DNA of 38,521 nt from Bacteroidota bacterium (GTDB lineage: Bacteria > Bacteroidota > Ignavibacteria > Kapaibacteriales > UBA2268): positions 1-38,521 of the forward strand of contig DAHXMP010000478.1 in assembly GCA_027371665.1 (NCBI GenBank). Reading direction: 5' to 3'. Positions 17,828-27,094 of this stretch are shown piece after piece (position 1 is the first letter of the stretch; the number at the start of each line of letters is the position of its first letter). The notes beneath the pieces are model-generated. The model saw only the letters and a list, made by a program, of their open reading frames with translations. It had not been told where the DNA came from and searched no databases. The translations under genes and the position numbers were made by a program.

Positions 17828-19900
17828 ATGTTTAATAAATCAATAGGTGTTGTTATGAAGAATATTTCTACTTTTTGTATTTACATTCTTTTATGTGCTT
17901 TCCTATCTATTTCTACAAATAATTTATATTCTCAAACAATAAGAAAAGTTCTTGTCGAAGAAGGAACAAACACTTCCTGCGGCCCCTGTGCTTCGCAAAA
18001 TCCAACATTTCAGGCATGGATTGCCAATAATATCAACCGTCTTGTTCCGGTTGTTTATCATCCCTGGTGGCCCAGCCCACAAGACCCGTTTTATTTGTAT
18101 GACACTGCCATGGCGGCAACAAGAATACGATATTATGGAATCCAAAATATTGGTGTGCCCTGTGGTGTATTAAACGGTCAATTTAATACTCCGACAGGTT
18201 CTAATTATCAGGGTTGTGTTTCAGACACCGTAGCCTGGGCTAACGGATTAGCAGCCGAGGAATTTTATTCTCCGATAAAAATAACAATCCAGCTTACACA
18301 GAATAATGGTTCTGGAACGGTGAAAGTTGATGTATCATCTTCGGCTAAATTAAGCAATAAAAAATTAAGAGTTGTGATATGTGAACAATACCACCAGTAT
18401 AATGCAGCAAACGGTGAAAAAGAATTCTATTATCTGGCTAGAAAGATGCTTCCTGATTTCAATGGAACGGATATTTCATTAAGCGCAGGCGAGACTAAAA
18501 GTTTTACTTATGACTTTTCTGTAGACCCGACGTTTGTACCCGGTGGCTTGTATGCTGCTGCTTTTATACAGGATGATGATACAAAGGAAGTCCTTCAGGC
18601 AGAATCATCATTGAATTATCCGGCTCCGAAAGAACCTGATTATTCAGTTTTTGTTAACCAATTTGATAATGTATTTGTTGGCAATAAGGGGGATTCATCT
18701 TCGATGGATATTATTCTGATGAACACGACCGGATCGGATGTAACATATATGCTAAATGCATTTACTTCATCCCAGACACCGGCGGACTGGACAGCAACAG
18801 TGGTAGATAATAAATATGTTGTCCAGGTAAAAGCAAATTCAACCGAGGAAGTCAAGTTGAATTTTACAATCGGAAATACAACCGGTATAGGTGAAGTAAA
18901 TATCAATGCACTTATTCAGGGCAAGTCAATATCATTTAATACCAGTAAATTAATCGGTATTTCGGAATCAATTGATGCTTTGCATGTGATGGGAGGAGCC
19001 TCTGACCAGTCAGTGTTTCCAATAATTACTGCGAAACGCGGCACAGGTAAATACTTTGATATCTCTTCACAAAATTTTTCTCTTGCTTACCCAATGTTAG
19101 CAAATCTTAAAACTTTCGTTTGGGATGGTAGTACTGATGGTGAATTTACGGCTAATGATGCTACTTCAATAAATGACGCAATGAATAAAGGTATAGGAGT
19201 ATTGTTATGTGGAGGAAAAATTACTACCGGATTAGTTAACTATGGAGTTTTGAATCAGTTTAATTCTTCATTTATTGCATATAGCAGGGAAGGCTATGGC
19301 AGTTCTCCCTGGCCTGTTACATTAGCAGGAATTACTGGTGACCTGATTAGTTTCGATTTTGGTAATAACGTAAGCGGGCATTTAATTAATTGGTTACTGC
19401 CATTATTTAAAATTAATAATGCATCAACGACATTTCCGGTTATGACCTTTGCTGCCTCCAAAGATTCGATATTTGCCATCCGTGTACAAAAGTCAAATTC
19501 AAGAGCAGTGCTTCTTGGTATAAATCCATTTGTCATTCTCGACACGACGATAAGAAGTAATTTAATTAACCGTTCACTTGACTGGATTGAATATAAAATC
19601 AATGATGTCAAAGACGGAGAAGATTTTCAGGCTATTAAAGATGCTTATGCCACACCAAATCCTTTTACTGACAAGATTACTTTACATTTCAACTTTACAA
19701 ATATGAAGATAAACGGGAACTTAAATATATCAGTTGTGAACGAAATTGGACAAACAGTGAAGGTTCTAAATGAAAGAACTTACAATTTAGGTGAGAATAA
19801 TCTTGTAATTGACTTATCGAATCTTTGTGCAGGGGATTATTTTATTCAGATTTTATCAGGGAGCCAATCTTTAATCGTACCAATTGTAAAAGTACAATAA
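17828..19900 (+). CDS. Secreted protein with N-terminal Omp28-/thioredoxin-like domain (CGPC) and T9SS C-terminal sorting domain
   Basis: Signal peptide MKNISTFCIYILLCAFLSIS (Met at 17855 is also possible). VLVEEGTNTSCGPCASQNP contains the thioredoxin-type CGPC (nt 17978-17989). Last ~82 aa (nt 19652-19897: ATPNPFTDKITLHF...GDYFIQI...VPIVKVQ) look like a T9SS CTD. Confidence 0.55.
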   Translation: MFNKSIGVVMKNISTFCIYILLCAFLSISTNNLYSQTIRKVLVEEGTNTSCGPCASQNPTFQAWIANNINRLVPVVYHPWWPSPQDPFYLYDTAMAATRIRYYGIQNIGVPCGVLNGQFNTPTGSNYQGCVSDTVAWANGLAAEEFYSPIKITIQLTQNNGSGTVKVDVSSSAKLSNKKLRVVICEQYHQYNAANGEKEFYYLARKMLPDFNGTDISLSAGETKSFTYDFSVDPTFVPGGLYAAAFIQDDDTKEVLQAESSLNYPAPKEPDYSVFVNQFDNVFVGNKGDSSSMDIILMNTTGSDVTYMLNAFTSSQTPADWTATVVDNKYVVQVKANSTEEVKLNFTIGNTTGIGEVNINALIQGKSISFNTSKLIGISESIDALHVMGGASDQSVFPIITAKRGTGKYFDISSQNFSLAYPMLANLKTFVWDGSTDGEFTANDATSINDAMNKGIGVLLCGGKITTGLVNYGVLNQFNSSFIAYSREGYGSSPWPVTLAGITGDLISFDFGNNVSGHLINWLLPLFKINNASTTFPVMTFAASKDSIFAIRVQKSNSRAVLLGINPFVILDTTIRSNLINRSLDWIEYKINDVKDGEDFQAIKDAYATPNPFTDKITLHFNFTNMKINGNLNISVVNEIGQTVKVLNERTYNLGENNLVIDLSNLCAGDYFIQILSGSQSLIVPIVKVQ

Positions 19901-19932
19901 CTGATTGTTGCTTATAAATAATATAACTGATA

Positions 19933-19964
19933 AGCCTGCAGAAAATTGAATGCAGGCTTTTTTG
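19933..19964 (+). terminator. Rho-independent terminator between convergent genes
   Basis: Stem agcctgca (19933-19940) / tgcaggct (19951-19958), 10-nt loop, T-run 19958-19964. It sits 33 nt after the stop at 19900. Confidence 0.7.
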
Positions 19965-20008
19965 TATAAAATTGTAAAATTTTATCATTTAATTCTGATT
20001 TAATTTCC

Positions 20009-21304
20009 TTATTTTTTTTCTCCTGCACTGACTTCGGGAAGGTTTTCCCAGTCTGTTGTGTATCGGGGAGATTTCATATCGGATTTTGTACCCCAGGGAC
20101 GTTTTATGCCTGAACTTGCGTAGAAAAGTGTTCGTGAGCCGTATTCTATATTGATTCTGTCGAGTGTGTCGGTAACTTTAGCAAGCTTTATTCTGTTTTC
20201 TGTATCGAACAAGCCGAGTTGCGAGCGGTCTACAGGTTCGAAGCCTGCAAGCATAACACCCACCTTTTGATACAGGAAACCTGATTTGAAAATTTGCTCG
20301 ACTCCTTTCATCGCATAGCTTGTCAGTTCGGAAGTTGCATCTGTCGGGACAGGCATTCTAACTAATACACCGTTATGATACTGAGGAGTTTTTTTGAACG
20401 GATTAGTTCTGAGAAAAACTGTCAACAGTTTACAAGCCGAATGCTGTTCACGCATTTTCTCGGCGGCACGGGAAACGAAGAGAGAAACGGCTTCCTTGAT
20501 TTCTTCTATTGTCTCGACATATCTGCCGAATGATCGGGAGCTTATAATCGCTTTTTTCGCGGGAGGAGAATTTTCGAGAGATACGCATGGAATACCGCGA
20601 AGCTCAAAGACTGTTCTCAAACCCATGACAGTCATGTTTTTCTTAATCCATTTGTCGTTGGTACTTGCCAAATCAAAAGCGGAATTGATATTGTTCTTCC
20701 TGAGAAGTTTTGTGTATTGATGGCCGACACCCCAGACATCGCTTACATCGGTTATTTTGAGATATTCGTCAATATTAGTGGAACCGTAAAGATTTAGCAC
20801 ACCATTGTACTTAGGGTCTTTTTTCGCAACACGGTTTGCAATTTTTGAAAGTGTCTTAGTCTCGGCTATACCTATTGAAACAGGAATTCCAACCCATTTG
20901 TAAACGGTTTCGCGGATTTCCCTGCTATATTCGGTTAGGTTTTTTCTTTTGAAACCGGCGAGGTTTATGAAAGCTTCGTCGATGGAATAAATTTCGACAT
21001 CGGGTGAAAATTGCTCGAGCGTTGCCATTACACGGTGCGAAATGTCGCCGTATAAAACATAATTAGAGGAAAATACATTTACTTTATGTTTTTTAACTAT
21101 GTCTTCGACCTTAAAAAGAGGTTCTCCCATCTTGATTCCGAGGGCTTTTGCTTCTTCCGAGCGGGCAACAATAATTCCGTCGTTATTCGAAAGCACGACG
21201 ATTGGCTTGCCCTGGAGCTTAGGATTGAAAACCCTTTCGCAGGAAGCATAGAAATTGTTGCAGTCAACTACTGCAACGGGAGGATTTTTTAATGCTTTCG
21301 CCAT
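20009..21304 (-). CDS. umuC: Y-family translesion DNA polymerase, UmuC-like
   Basis: N-terminal VAVVDCNNFYASCERVFNPKLQGKPIVVLSNNDG is the classic UmuC/ImpB start. SIDEAF catalytic motif present. 431 aa. Confidence 0.85.
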   Translation of the reverse strand: MAKALKNPPVAVVDCNNFYASCERVFNPKLQGKPIVVLSNNDGIIVARSEEAKALGIKMGEPLFKVEDIVKKHKVNVFSSNYVLYGDISHRVMATLEQFSPDVEIYSIDEAFINLAGFKRKNLTEYSREIRETVYKWVGIPVSIGIAETKTLSKIANRVAKKDPKYNGVLNLYGSTNIDEYLKITDVSDVWGVGHQYTKLLRKNNINSAFDLASTNDKWIKKNMTVMGLRTVFELRGIPCVSLENSPPAKKAIISSRSFGRYVETIEEIKEAVSLFVSRAAEKMREQHSACKLLTVFLRTNPFKKTPQYHNGVLVRMPVPTDATSELTSYAMKGVEQIFKSGFLYQKVGVMLAGFEPVDRSQLGLFDTENRIKLAKVTDTLDRINIEYGSRTLFYASSGIKRPWGTKSDMKSPRYTTDWENLPEVSAGEKK

Positions 21305-21334
21305 CTTGTTAAAAAAAATTATTATTTATAGAGC

Positions 21335-21342
21335 CAAAGATA
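21335..21342 (-). promoter_or_regulatory. Candidate -7 promoter element (TAnnTTTG) for umuC
   Basis: + strand caaagata equals tatctttg on the - strand, 31 nt upstream of ATG 21304, inside the 63-nt mfd-umuC gap. Confidence 0.3.
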
Positions 21343-21367
21343 TTGATGTTAAAAATAATGATTTATT

Positions 21368-24300
21368 TTAATCAATCAGGCTTAGAACTGTTCTTTTTAT
21401 TCTCCAGATAATTTCGACCGCTTCGTCCCTTTTGACGATTTTTACTTCGAGTGCAAGCTTTTTCTCCTGTTGAATTAATTTTGCCGTGGCGATTGAGTGA
21501 ATTTGTTCGACAACCATCGGAAATATATTATCATAATAGTTTTTGTCCGATTCTGAAGGAAATTCTGCTATTAGAGTATCGTGTTTGATTGAAATTTTTA
21601 CAAATCCTGAAGACAATGCCGCAATCCTCATTTTTACGGCAAAGATTAATTCTTCGGCTTGCTGAGGAAGTTTCCCAAACCTGTCTTTCAATTCTTCGAC
21701 AATGTCTTTCAATCCTTCATTATCCCTGACATGATATAGCTTTTTATAAAACCGGAATCTTTCAGTTTCGCTTGTAACATAATCGCCGGGCAGAAAGGCA
21801 TCTGTGTTGAGTTCTATTAATATATCTTCGTTATCGAATGATGAATTTTTGATTTTGCTGGAATCCCTGAATAAATCGCTGAATTCTTCGATTTTAAGCT
21901 CGTTAACGGCTTCATCGAGAATTTTATGATACATTTCGAAACCGATTTCGTTAATATAGCCGCTTTGTTCGGGACCGAGCAGATTACCTGCTCCGCGGAT
22001 TTCCATATCTCTCATTGCAAGCTGTAAGCCGCTTCCCAGTTCGGTAAATTCTTCGATTGCCTGCAATCGGCGAAGTGAATTTGAAGAAAGAGTTTTAACG
22101 GGTGGAATAATAAGATAGCAATATGCCTGTGTGTTGCTCCTTCCGACACGACCCCGAAGCTGGTATAGTTCTGCAAGTCCGAAATTGTTTGCGAAGTTAA
22201 TAAAAATCGTGTTCGCATTAGGTATATCAATTCCAGATTCGATGATTTTTGTCGTTATAAGCATATCATATTTTCGTGCAAGAAATTTCTCCATGACTTT
22301 TTCCAGTTCGGACGTATTCATCTGCCCGTGAGCTATTGCAATCCTGATTGATGGTAATAGGTTTTGCAGGTTATGGGCTATTTTTTCAAGGTCGTGGATT
22401 TTGTCATTAACAAAAAATACCTGCCCTTTTCTTTCGATTTCTTTTTCAACAGCATTTTTTATTAACTTATCGTTCCATTCTATAATTTCGGTATAAACCG
22501 GGAGCCTGTTTCGCGGGGCTGTTTCTATTATGCTGAGGTCTCTTGCTCCCATCAAAGAAAAATTTAAAGTTCGCGGAATCGGTGTGGCTGTAAGAGTTAA
22601 TGTATCAACATTAGTTCTCAACTGCCTGAGCTTTTCTTTCGCTCCGACACCGAAACGGTGCTCCTCATCAATTATTAGCAGGCCGAGGTCTTGGAATCCG
22701 ACATCCTTACTTAATAATCTGTGAGTGCCAATCAGGATGTCTATCTGTGATTTTTTTATCTTATCAACTATCACGTTCTGTTCTTTCTTTGACCTGAAAC
22801 GTGATAGGACTGCGATATTAACGGGGTATCTGCTAAGCCTGTCCACGAAAGTCATGTAATGCTGCTGTGCAAGAATTGTAGTCGGTACGAGGACGGCGAC
22901 CTGCTTTCCTGTCTGAACCGCTTTGAATGCCGCCCTCACGGCAACTTCTGTTTTACCGTAACCGACATCGCCGCAAACGAGCCTGTCCATAGGAGTTTCG
23001 GATTCCATATCTTTTTTAACTTCGATTGTCGTTTGTGCCTGGTCGGGTGTATCCTCATAAATAAACGAAGCTTCAAATTCTTTTTGCCATATTGTATCAG
23101 CCGGAAATGAGTACCCGGGCTGTTTTTTACGTTCGGCATAAAGCTTAATCAGGTCGCGGGCAATATCCTTAAGCCGTTTCTTAGTTCTTGCTTTTTTCCT
23201 TAGCCATTCCGAGGAACCAAGCTTACTTAGCTGAGGTATTACACCTTCCTTGGCTGAATACTTTTCTATTTTGTTAATGTAATTAAGATTAACATACAAA
23301 ATATCGCCTTCGGCAAATAATAATTTAACGCAGTCCTGGAGGCTGTCTCCGAGTTTTACACTACGGAAACCGTCGAATTTGCCGATACCTTTATCAATAT
23401 GGACTACATAATCGCCGATTTTCAACTGCATCAATTCTTTTAATGAAATTCCATTCCCGTTGGTTTTACCTTTACGGGATGTTCTTGTCCTGTACCTGTC
23501 AAATATTTCATGTTCCGTAAAAACGGCAAGCTTTTCTTCCGTCAGTAAAAATCCGTGTGTAAAGGTATCATCGAGCCATGTAATCGAGTCGTGTGTTTTT
23601 CCGGCATCGGCAAGATATGGCATTTCAGTTTGGTCTTTATTATCAGGCATTTCAATCCCGTTTTCGACTAACTCCCTGAATCTTTCAAGATGAATTTTCC
23701 CCTGGGCTGACAACACAAGTTTTATGTTCATTCCTGCTAGCCTCCTCAGTTCCGAAGCAAAATCTTTTATAGAACCATGATATTGAAACTGATTTGCAGA
23801 ATTTACTTTGACATCGGCTTCGCCCAGTTTATTAATCATCAAGGTTCTGAATTTATTGACTTGTGTCCAATCATCAATTGAAGATTCGAGAGTATCGGGA
23901 CTGTCGAGAATAACAATAGTATCATCGTTAAGGTAATCGAAGATATTAGAATCGGCAACCGTCCTAGACGGCTGATAAATGTTATCAAGAAATTCAATCT
24001 GTTTATGTTCGGTTATGCTTCTTTGTGACTGAGGCTGGAACTCGCGAATTGATTCGATTTCATTTCCGAAAAATTCTATCCGTAAAGGATTGTCCCATCC
24101 GAATGGAAAAATATCAACTATACCGCCGCGGATTGCAATATCGCCCTGTGAATTGACGAACTCTTTCAAATCGAATCCGTTCATCCTGAGCAAGTTGGTG
24201 AATTCAAGGAAGTCAATTGACTGCCCTTTAGCCAGTGTCAATCTATGTTTTATAATTTCATCTTTTTTCGGTATTTGAATTTTCAATATACCGGGAGTTG

Positions 24301-24676
24301 CAATTGATATAGAAAAATCATTTTTCTGCAAAGTAGCAAGCCCATCAATCAACCATGCAAGATTTTCATCAATACCTTCATCAGAATAATGAATTTTATT
24401 AAGAGGTTCTGATAGAAATGCTATGTTTTCTTCGTTTATAAATAACCTGATATCCTGTTGCCAGTCTTCGGCATCATGTACGTCAGGTACAATTACAAGA
24501 AAATTCTTTTTCTTTTTTTGCCACAATGCAGCAATAGTTATCGCCTTGAGAGAACCACTCAAAGTTTTAACGGTAATTTGCCTTTTACCTGAATCAATAA
24601 TTTCGGATAGCTCGTTAATAAATTTCAGCCGGTCAAAATACCCTGAAATATTTTCTATTTGTTTTTTATCGTTCAA
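21368..24676 (-). CDS. mfd: Transcription-repair coupling factor Mfd
   Basis: 1102 aa. CarD/RNAP-interaction-like segment (GDYVVHIDKGIGKFDG), SF2 helicase motifs (GDVGYGKTEVA, IIDEEHRFG, LTATPIPRTL, LRGRVGRS) and a TRCF C-terminal domain. TTG start in the track, so the 5' end is uncertain. Confidence 0.9.
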   Translation of the reverse strand: MNDKKQIENISGYFDRLKFINELSEIIDSGKRQITVKTLSGSLKAITIAALWQKKKKNFLVIVPDVHDAEDWQQDIRLFINEENIAFLSEPLNKIHYSDEGIDENLAWLIDGLATLQKNDFSISIATPGILKIQIPKKDEIIKHRLTLAKGQSIDFLEFTNLLRMNGFDLKEFVNSQGDIAIRGGIVDIFPFGWDNPLRIEFFGNEIESIREFQPQSQRSITEHKQIEFLDNIYQPSRTVADSNIFDYLNDDTIVILDSPDTLESSIDDWTQVNKFRTLMINKLGEADVKVNSANQFQYHGSIKDFASELRRLAGMNIKLVLSAQGKIHLERFRELVENGIEMPDNKDQTEMPYLADAGKTHDSITWLDDTFTHGFLLTEEKLAVFTEHEIFDRYRTRTSRKGKTNGNGISLKELMQLKIGDYVVHIDKGIGKFDGFRSVKLGDSLQDCVKLLFAEGDILYVNLNYINKIEKYSAKEGVIPQLSKLGSSEWLRKKARTKKRLKDIARDLIKLYAERKKQPGYSFPADTIWQKEFEASFIYEDTPDQAQTTIEVKKDMESETPMDRLVCGDVGYGKTEVAVRAAFKAVQTGKQVAVLVPTTILAQQHYMTFVDRLSRYPVNIAVLSRFRSKKEQNVIVDKIKKSQIDILIGTHRLLSKDVGFQDLGLLIIDEEHRFGVGAKEKLRQLRTNVDTLTLTATPIPRTLNFSLMGARDLSIIETAPRNRLPVYTEIIEWNDKLIKNAVEKEIERKGQVFFVNDKIHDLEKIAHNLQNLLPSIRIAIAHGQMNTSELEKVMEKFLARKYDMLITTKIIESGIDIPNANTIFINFANNFGLAELYQLRGRVGRSNTQAYCYLIIPPVKTLSSNSLRRLQAIEEFTELGSGLQLAMRDMEIRGAGNLLGPEQSGYINEIGFEMYHKILDEAVNELKIEEFSDLFRDSSKIKNSSFDNEDILIELNTDAFLPGDYVTSETERFRFYKKLYHVRDNEGLKDIVEELKDRFGKLPQQAEELIFAVKMRIAALSSGFVKISIKHDTLIAEFPSESDKNYYDNIFPMVVEQIHSIATAKLIQQEKKLALEVKIVKRDEAVEIIWRIKRTVLSLID

Positions 24677-24704
24677 TGAAAAGTAATATCAATTTAAAAA
24701 AATA

Positions 24705-24893
24705 TCAGTCATTACAGATAATCATGATTTTCATTTCTTTAGCACGTTTCGGAAAACGCTTCTGATAATAATAATCGCGAATTTCCATTAACATTTCTTT
24801 CCTGTTTAATTTCCTGTTTGAATAAATCTCGTATATTGTGCCGTTGTAGCCGTCTTTAATAACATATCTATATTTCCTGACTTCATCAGCCAT
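24705..24893 (-). CDS. Small hypothetical protein (62 aa), paralog of the adjacent 60-aa ORF
   Basis: ATG start 3 nt after the upstream stop. Shares Y-x-IY-x-N-x-x-L-x-R-x-x-ML-x-EIR and a C-terminal I-x-I-x-x-D pattern with its neighbour. I do not recognise the family. Confidence 0.55.
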   Translation of the reverse strand: MADEVRKYRYVIKDGYNGTIYEIYSNRKLNRKEMLMEIRDYYYQKRFPKRAKEMKIMIICND

Positions 24894-24896
24894 AGC

Positions 24897-25079
24897 TTAA
24901 TCTTCAGATATTATTTCGACGGTTGTACCGGGCTTCTGCCTTATATTATAAGAAACGGAATTAAATTTTCTGATTTCTTTTAACATGCCTTCACGAGTCA
25001 ATTCTTTGTTTGCATAAATGACATATTTCACATTTTTTCTCGTATCACGAATAACATTTCGTACAGGTGGTTTCTCCAT
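24897..25079 (-). CDS. Small hypothetical protein (60 aa), paralog of the adjacent 62-aa ORF
   Basis: ATG start 6 nt after the hflX stop. KYVIYANKELTREGMLKEIRKF aligns with IYEIYSNRKLNRKEMLMEIRDY in the neighbour. Confidence 0.55.
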   Translation of the reverse strand: MEKPPVRNVIRDTRKNVKYVIYANKELTREGMLKEIRKFNSVSYNIRQKPGTTVEIISED

Positions 25080-25085
25080 AATTAT

Positions 25086-26390
25086 TCACTCTTTGTTTAA
25101 TAAAAATTTCCCAAAATTATGTTCAAAAATATGATATTTGTCTTCTTTGATTCGTACTTCAAAACTTATACCCTCATCTTTATCTTCTCTCGAAATTATG
25201 TCGGCATAAGAGTATAAGGGATTAACAAGGCTCATAGCGGAATACGGGAGAATGAAACTTGCTGTTTTACTATGCTCGTCGGCTTTACTTTGCATCACTT
25301 CGAGCAGTTTTTGAATATTTATGTTTCTTTCTGCCGATGTAAATATTGCGTTCGGAAATTCCGATTCGATTGCACGAATGTCGTTCACATCCTCTATTAA
25401 ATCCACCTTGTTCAATACAAGAATAGTGGGTTTAAGATTTATCTTCAATCCTTCGAGAGTACCATTTACTATTTTAATATGTTCCCTGAAAAACTTGTGA
25501 GAAACATCAACGACATGGATTAAAATATCGGCTTTGGTGGATTCCGCAAGTGTGCTTCTGAACGATGCCACAAGATTAACCGGCAGTTTCCTGATAAATC
25601 CGACAGTGTCCGAAAGAAGTGCCTTTGCTCCACCGGGGAGTGTGAAAGCCCTGACTGTTGTGTCAAGAGTTGCAAATAGCTTGTCTTCAACATAAACACC
25701 TGCATCGGTTATGGCATTCATCAGAGTTGATTTTCCGGCATTAGTATAACCGACAAGGGCATATTGCGTTAGTTCTTTACGGGCTTTTCTTTGTTGCTCT
25801 CTCTGTGTGGAAATATCCCCGAGCTTTTCTTTCAGCTTTTGAATTTTAGTTTTCACCATTCTTCGGTCTGTTTCAATCTGCGTTTCACCGGGACCCTTTG
25901 TTCCGATGCCTCCGTATTGTTTAGAAAGATGTGTCCACATTTTTGACAGGCGGGGCAGAATGTATTGTAACTGTGCAAGCTCGACCTGTACTTTTGCTTC
26001 GAGAGACCTTGCATGTTTCGCGAAAATATCGAGAATCAGCCCGCTCCTATCAATGACTTTTACATTGAAAGCATTTTCGAGATTCCTAAGCTGAGCCGGT
26101 GAAAGTTCATCATCGAAAATTACGAGAGTAACCAGCTTTTCCAGAATCAGTTCTTTTATTTCCTCGACTTTGCCTTTGCCAATGGCAGTTGCTGGATTTG
26201 GGGCATCGAGTTCCTGGTAGATTTTTTCGATAATGTCTGCACCTGCAGTTTCGGCGAGGGATTCAATTTCGCTGAGATGTTCAAAAGCGGTTTCCCTATC
26301 AGTTCCTTTCCTTCCAATTGCAATTGCAACTGCTGTTTCTTTTGTTTCTGTTAATTCGTACAAAAATTCTCCAATGATATAAGTCGCCAA
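25086..26390 (-). CDS. hflX: GTPase HflX
   Basis: HflX N-terminal domain (LAETAGADII...PNPATAIGKGKVEEI), coiled linker, G-domain motifs GYTNAGKSTLMN (G1), DTVGF (G3), NKVD (G4). TTG start in the track. Confidence 0.9.
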   Translation of the reverse strand: MATYIIGEFLYELTETKETAVAIAIGRKGTDRETAFEHLSEIESLAETAGADIIEKIYQELDAPNPATAIGKGKVEEIKELILEKLVTLVIFDDELSPAQLRNLENAFNVKVIDRSGLILDIFAKHARSLEAKVQVELAQLQYILPRLSKMWTHLSKQYGGIGTKGPGETQIETDRRMVKTKIQKLKEKLGDISTQREQQRKARKELTQYALVGYTNAGKSTLMNAITDAGVYVEDKLFATLDTTVRAFTLPGGAKALLSDTVGFIRKLPVNLVASFRSTLAESTKADILIHVVDVSHKFFREHIKIVNGTLEGLKINLKPTILVLNKVDLIEDVNDIRAIESEFPNAIFTSAERNINIQKLLEVMQSKADEHSKTASFILPYSAMSLVNPLYSYADIISREDKDEGISFEVRIKEDKYHIFEHNFGKFLLNKE

Positions 26391-26429
26391 TATTCACGTT
26401 TTGGAGGTTGAAATATTGATTAACAAAAT

Positions 26430-26437
26430 CAAATATA
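26430..26437 (-). promoter_or_regulatory. Candidate -7 promoter element (TAnnTTTG) for the hflX-led gene string
   Basis: + strand caaatata equals tatatttg on the - strand, 40 nt upstream of 26390. Confidence 0.3.
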
Positions 26438-26542
26438 AATCTAATAGTAGTTTATTTACAGAAGACGAATTATAAATAATTCATATATTTTTTGTAATTT
26501 TAGTTTTTATATTTTAATTAGTCAATAATATTTGAGTTTGTT

Positions 26543-27073
26543 ATGGCAACGTATAAAGAATTAATTTTAAATGTAGTGAAACCTCTTTGCAATGAAGTTG
26601 AAACATATGAACACCGGAATCAATTATCCGTTATGATACCTAAAGAGAAATTACAGCTTGTGGCCCAGGAACTTAGGGACAATCCTGAAACCGGCTTCGA
26701 TATGCTTATTGATATAACAGCTGTTGATTGGTTAAAAGAAAAAGAAAGGTTTGAGGTTGTATATTTTCTCTTTTCAAATAAATTCAAAAACAGGCTTAGG
26801 CTTAAAGTTGCCATCGAAGAAGAAAATCCGGTTTGTCCGACAGTTACCGGTGTATGGGACAGTGCAAACTGGTATGAACGTGAAACGTTTGATATGTACG
26901 GGATAAAATTCGATGGACATCCAAATCTGAGACGATTCTATATGCCAGAAGATTATGTTGAACCGACGACAGGCGAACCGTTATATCCTTTAAGAAAAGA
27001 TTTTCCGCTTATGGGAGTTCCAGATTCTCTTCCGTTACCCCCCTATCCGGAAAAATTCGGGGAACTTAAATAG
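26543..27073 (+). CDS. nuoC: NADH-quinone oxidoreductase subunit C (30-kDa subunit)
   Basis: ANWYERETFDMYGIKFDGHPNLRR is the NuoC signature region. 176 aa. No other nuo genes flank it. Confidence 0.85.
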   Translation: MATYKELILNVVKPLCNEVETYEHRNQLSVMIPKEKLQLVAQELRDNPETGFDMLIDITAVDWLKEKERFEVVYFLFSNKFKNRLRLKVAIEEENPVCPTVTGVWDSANWYERETFDMYGIKFDGHPNLRRFYMPEDYVEPTTGEPLYPLRKDFPLMGVPDSLPLPPYPEKFGELK

Positions 27074-27094
27074 TTTACCATTTTACGCTAATTT

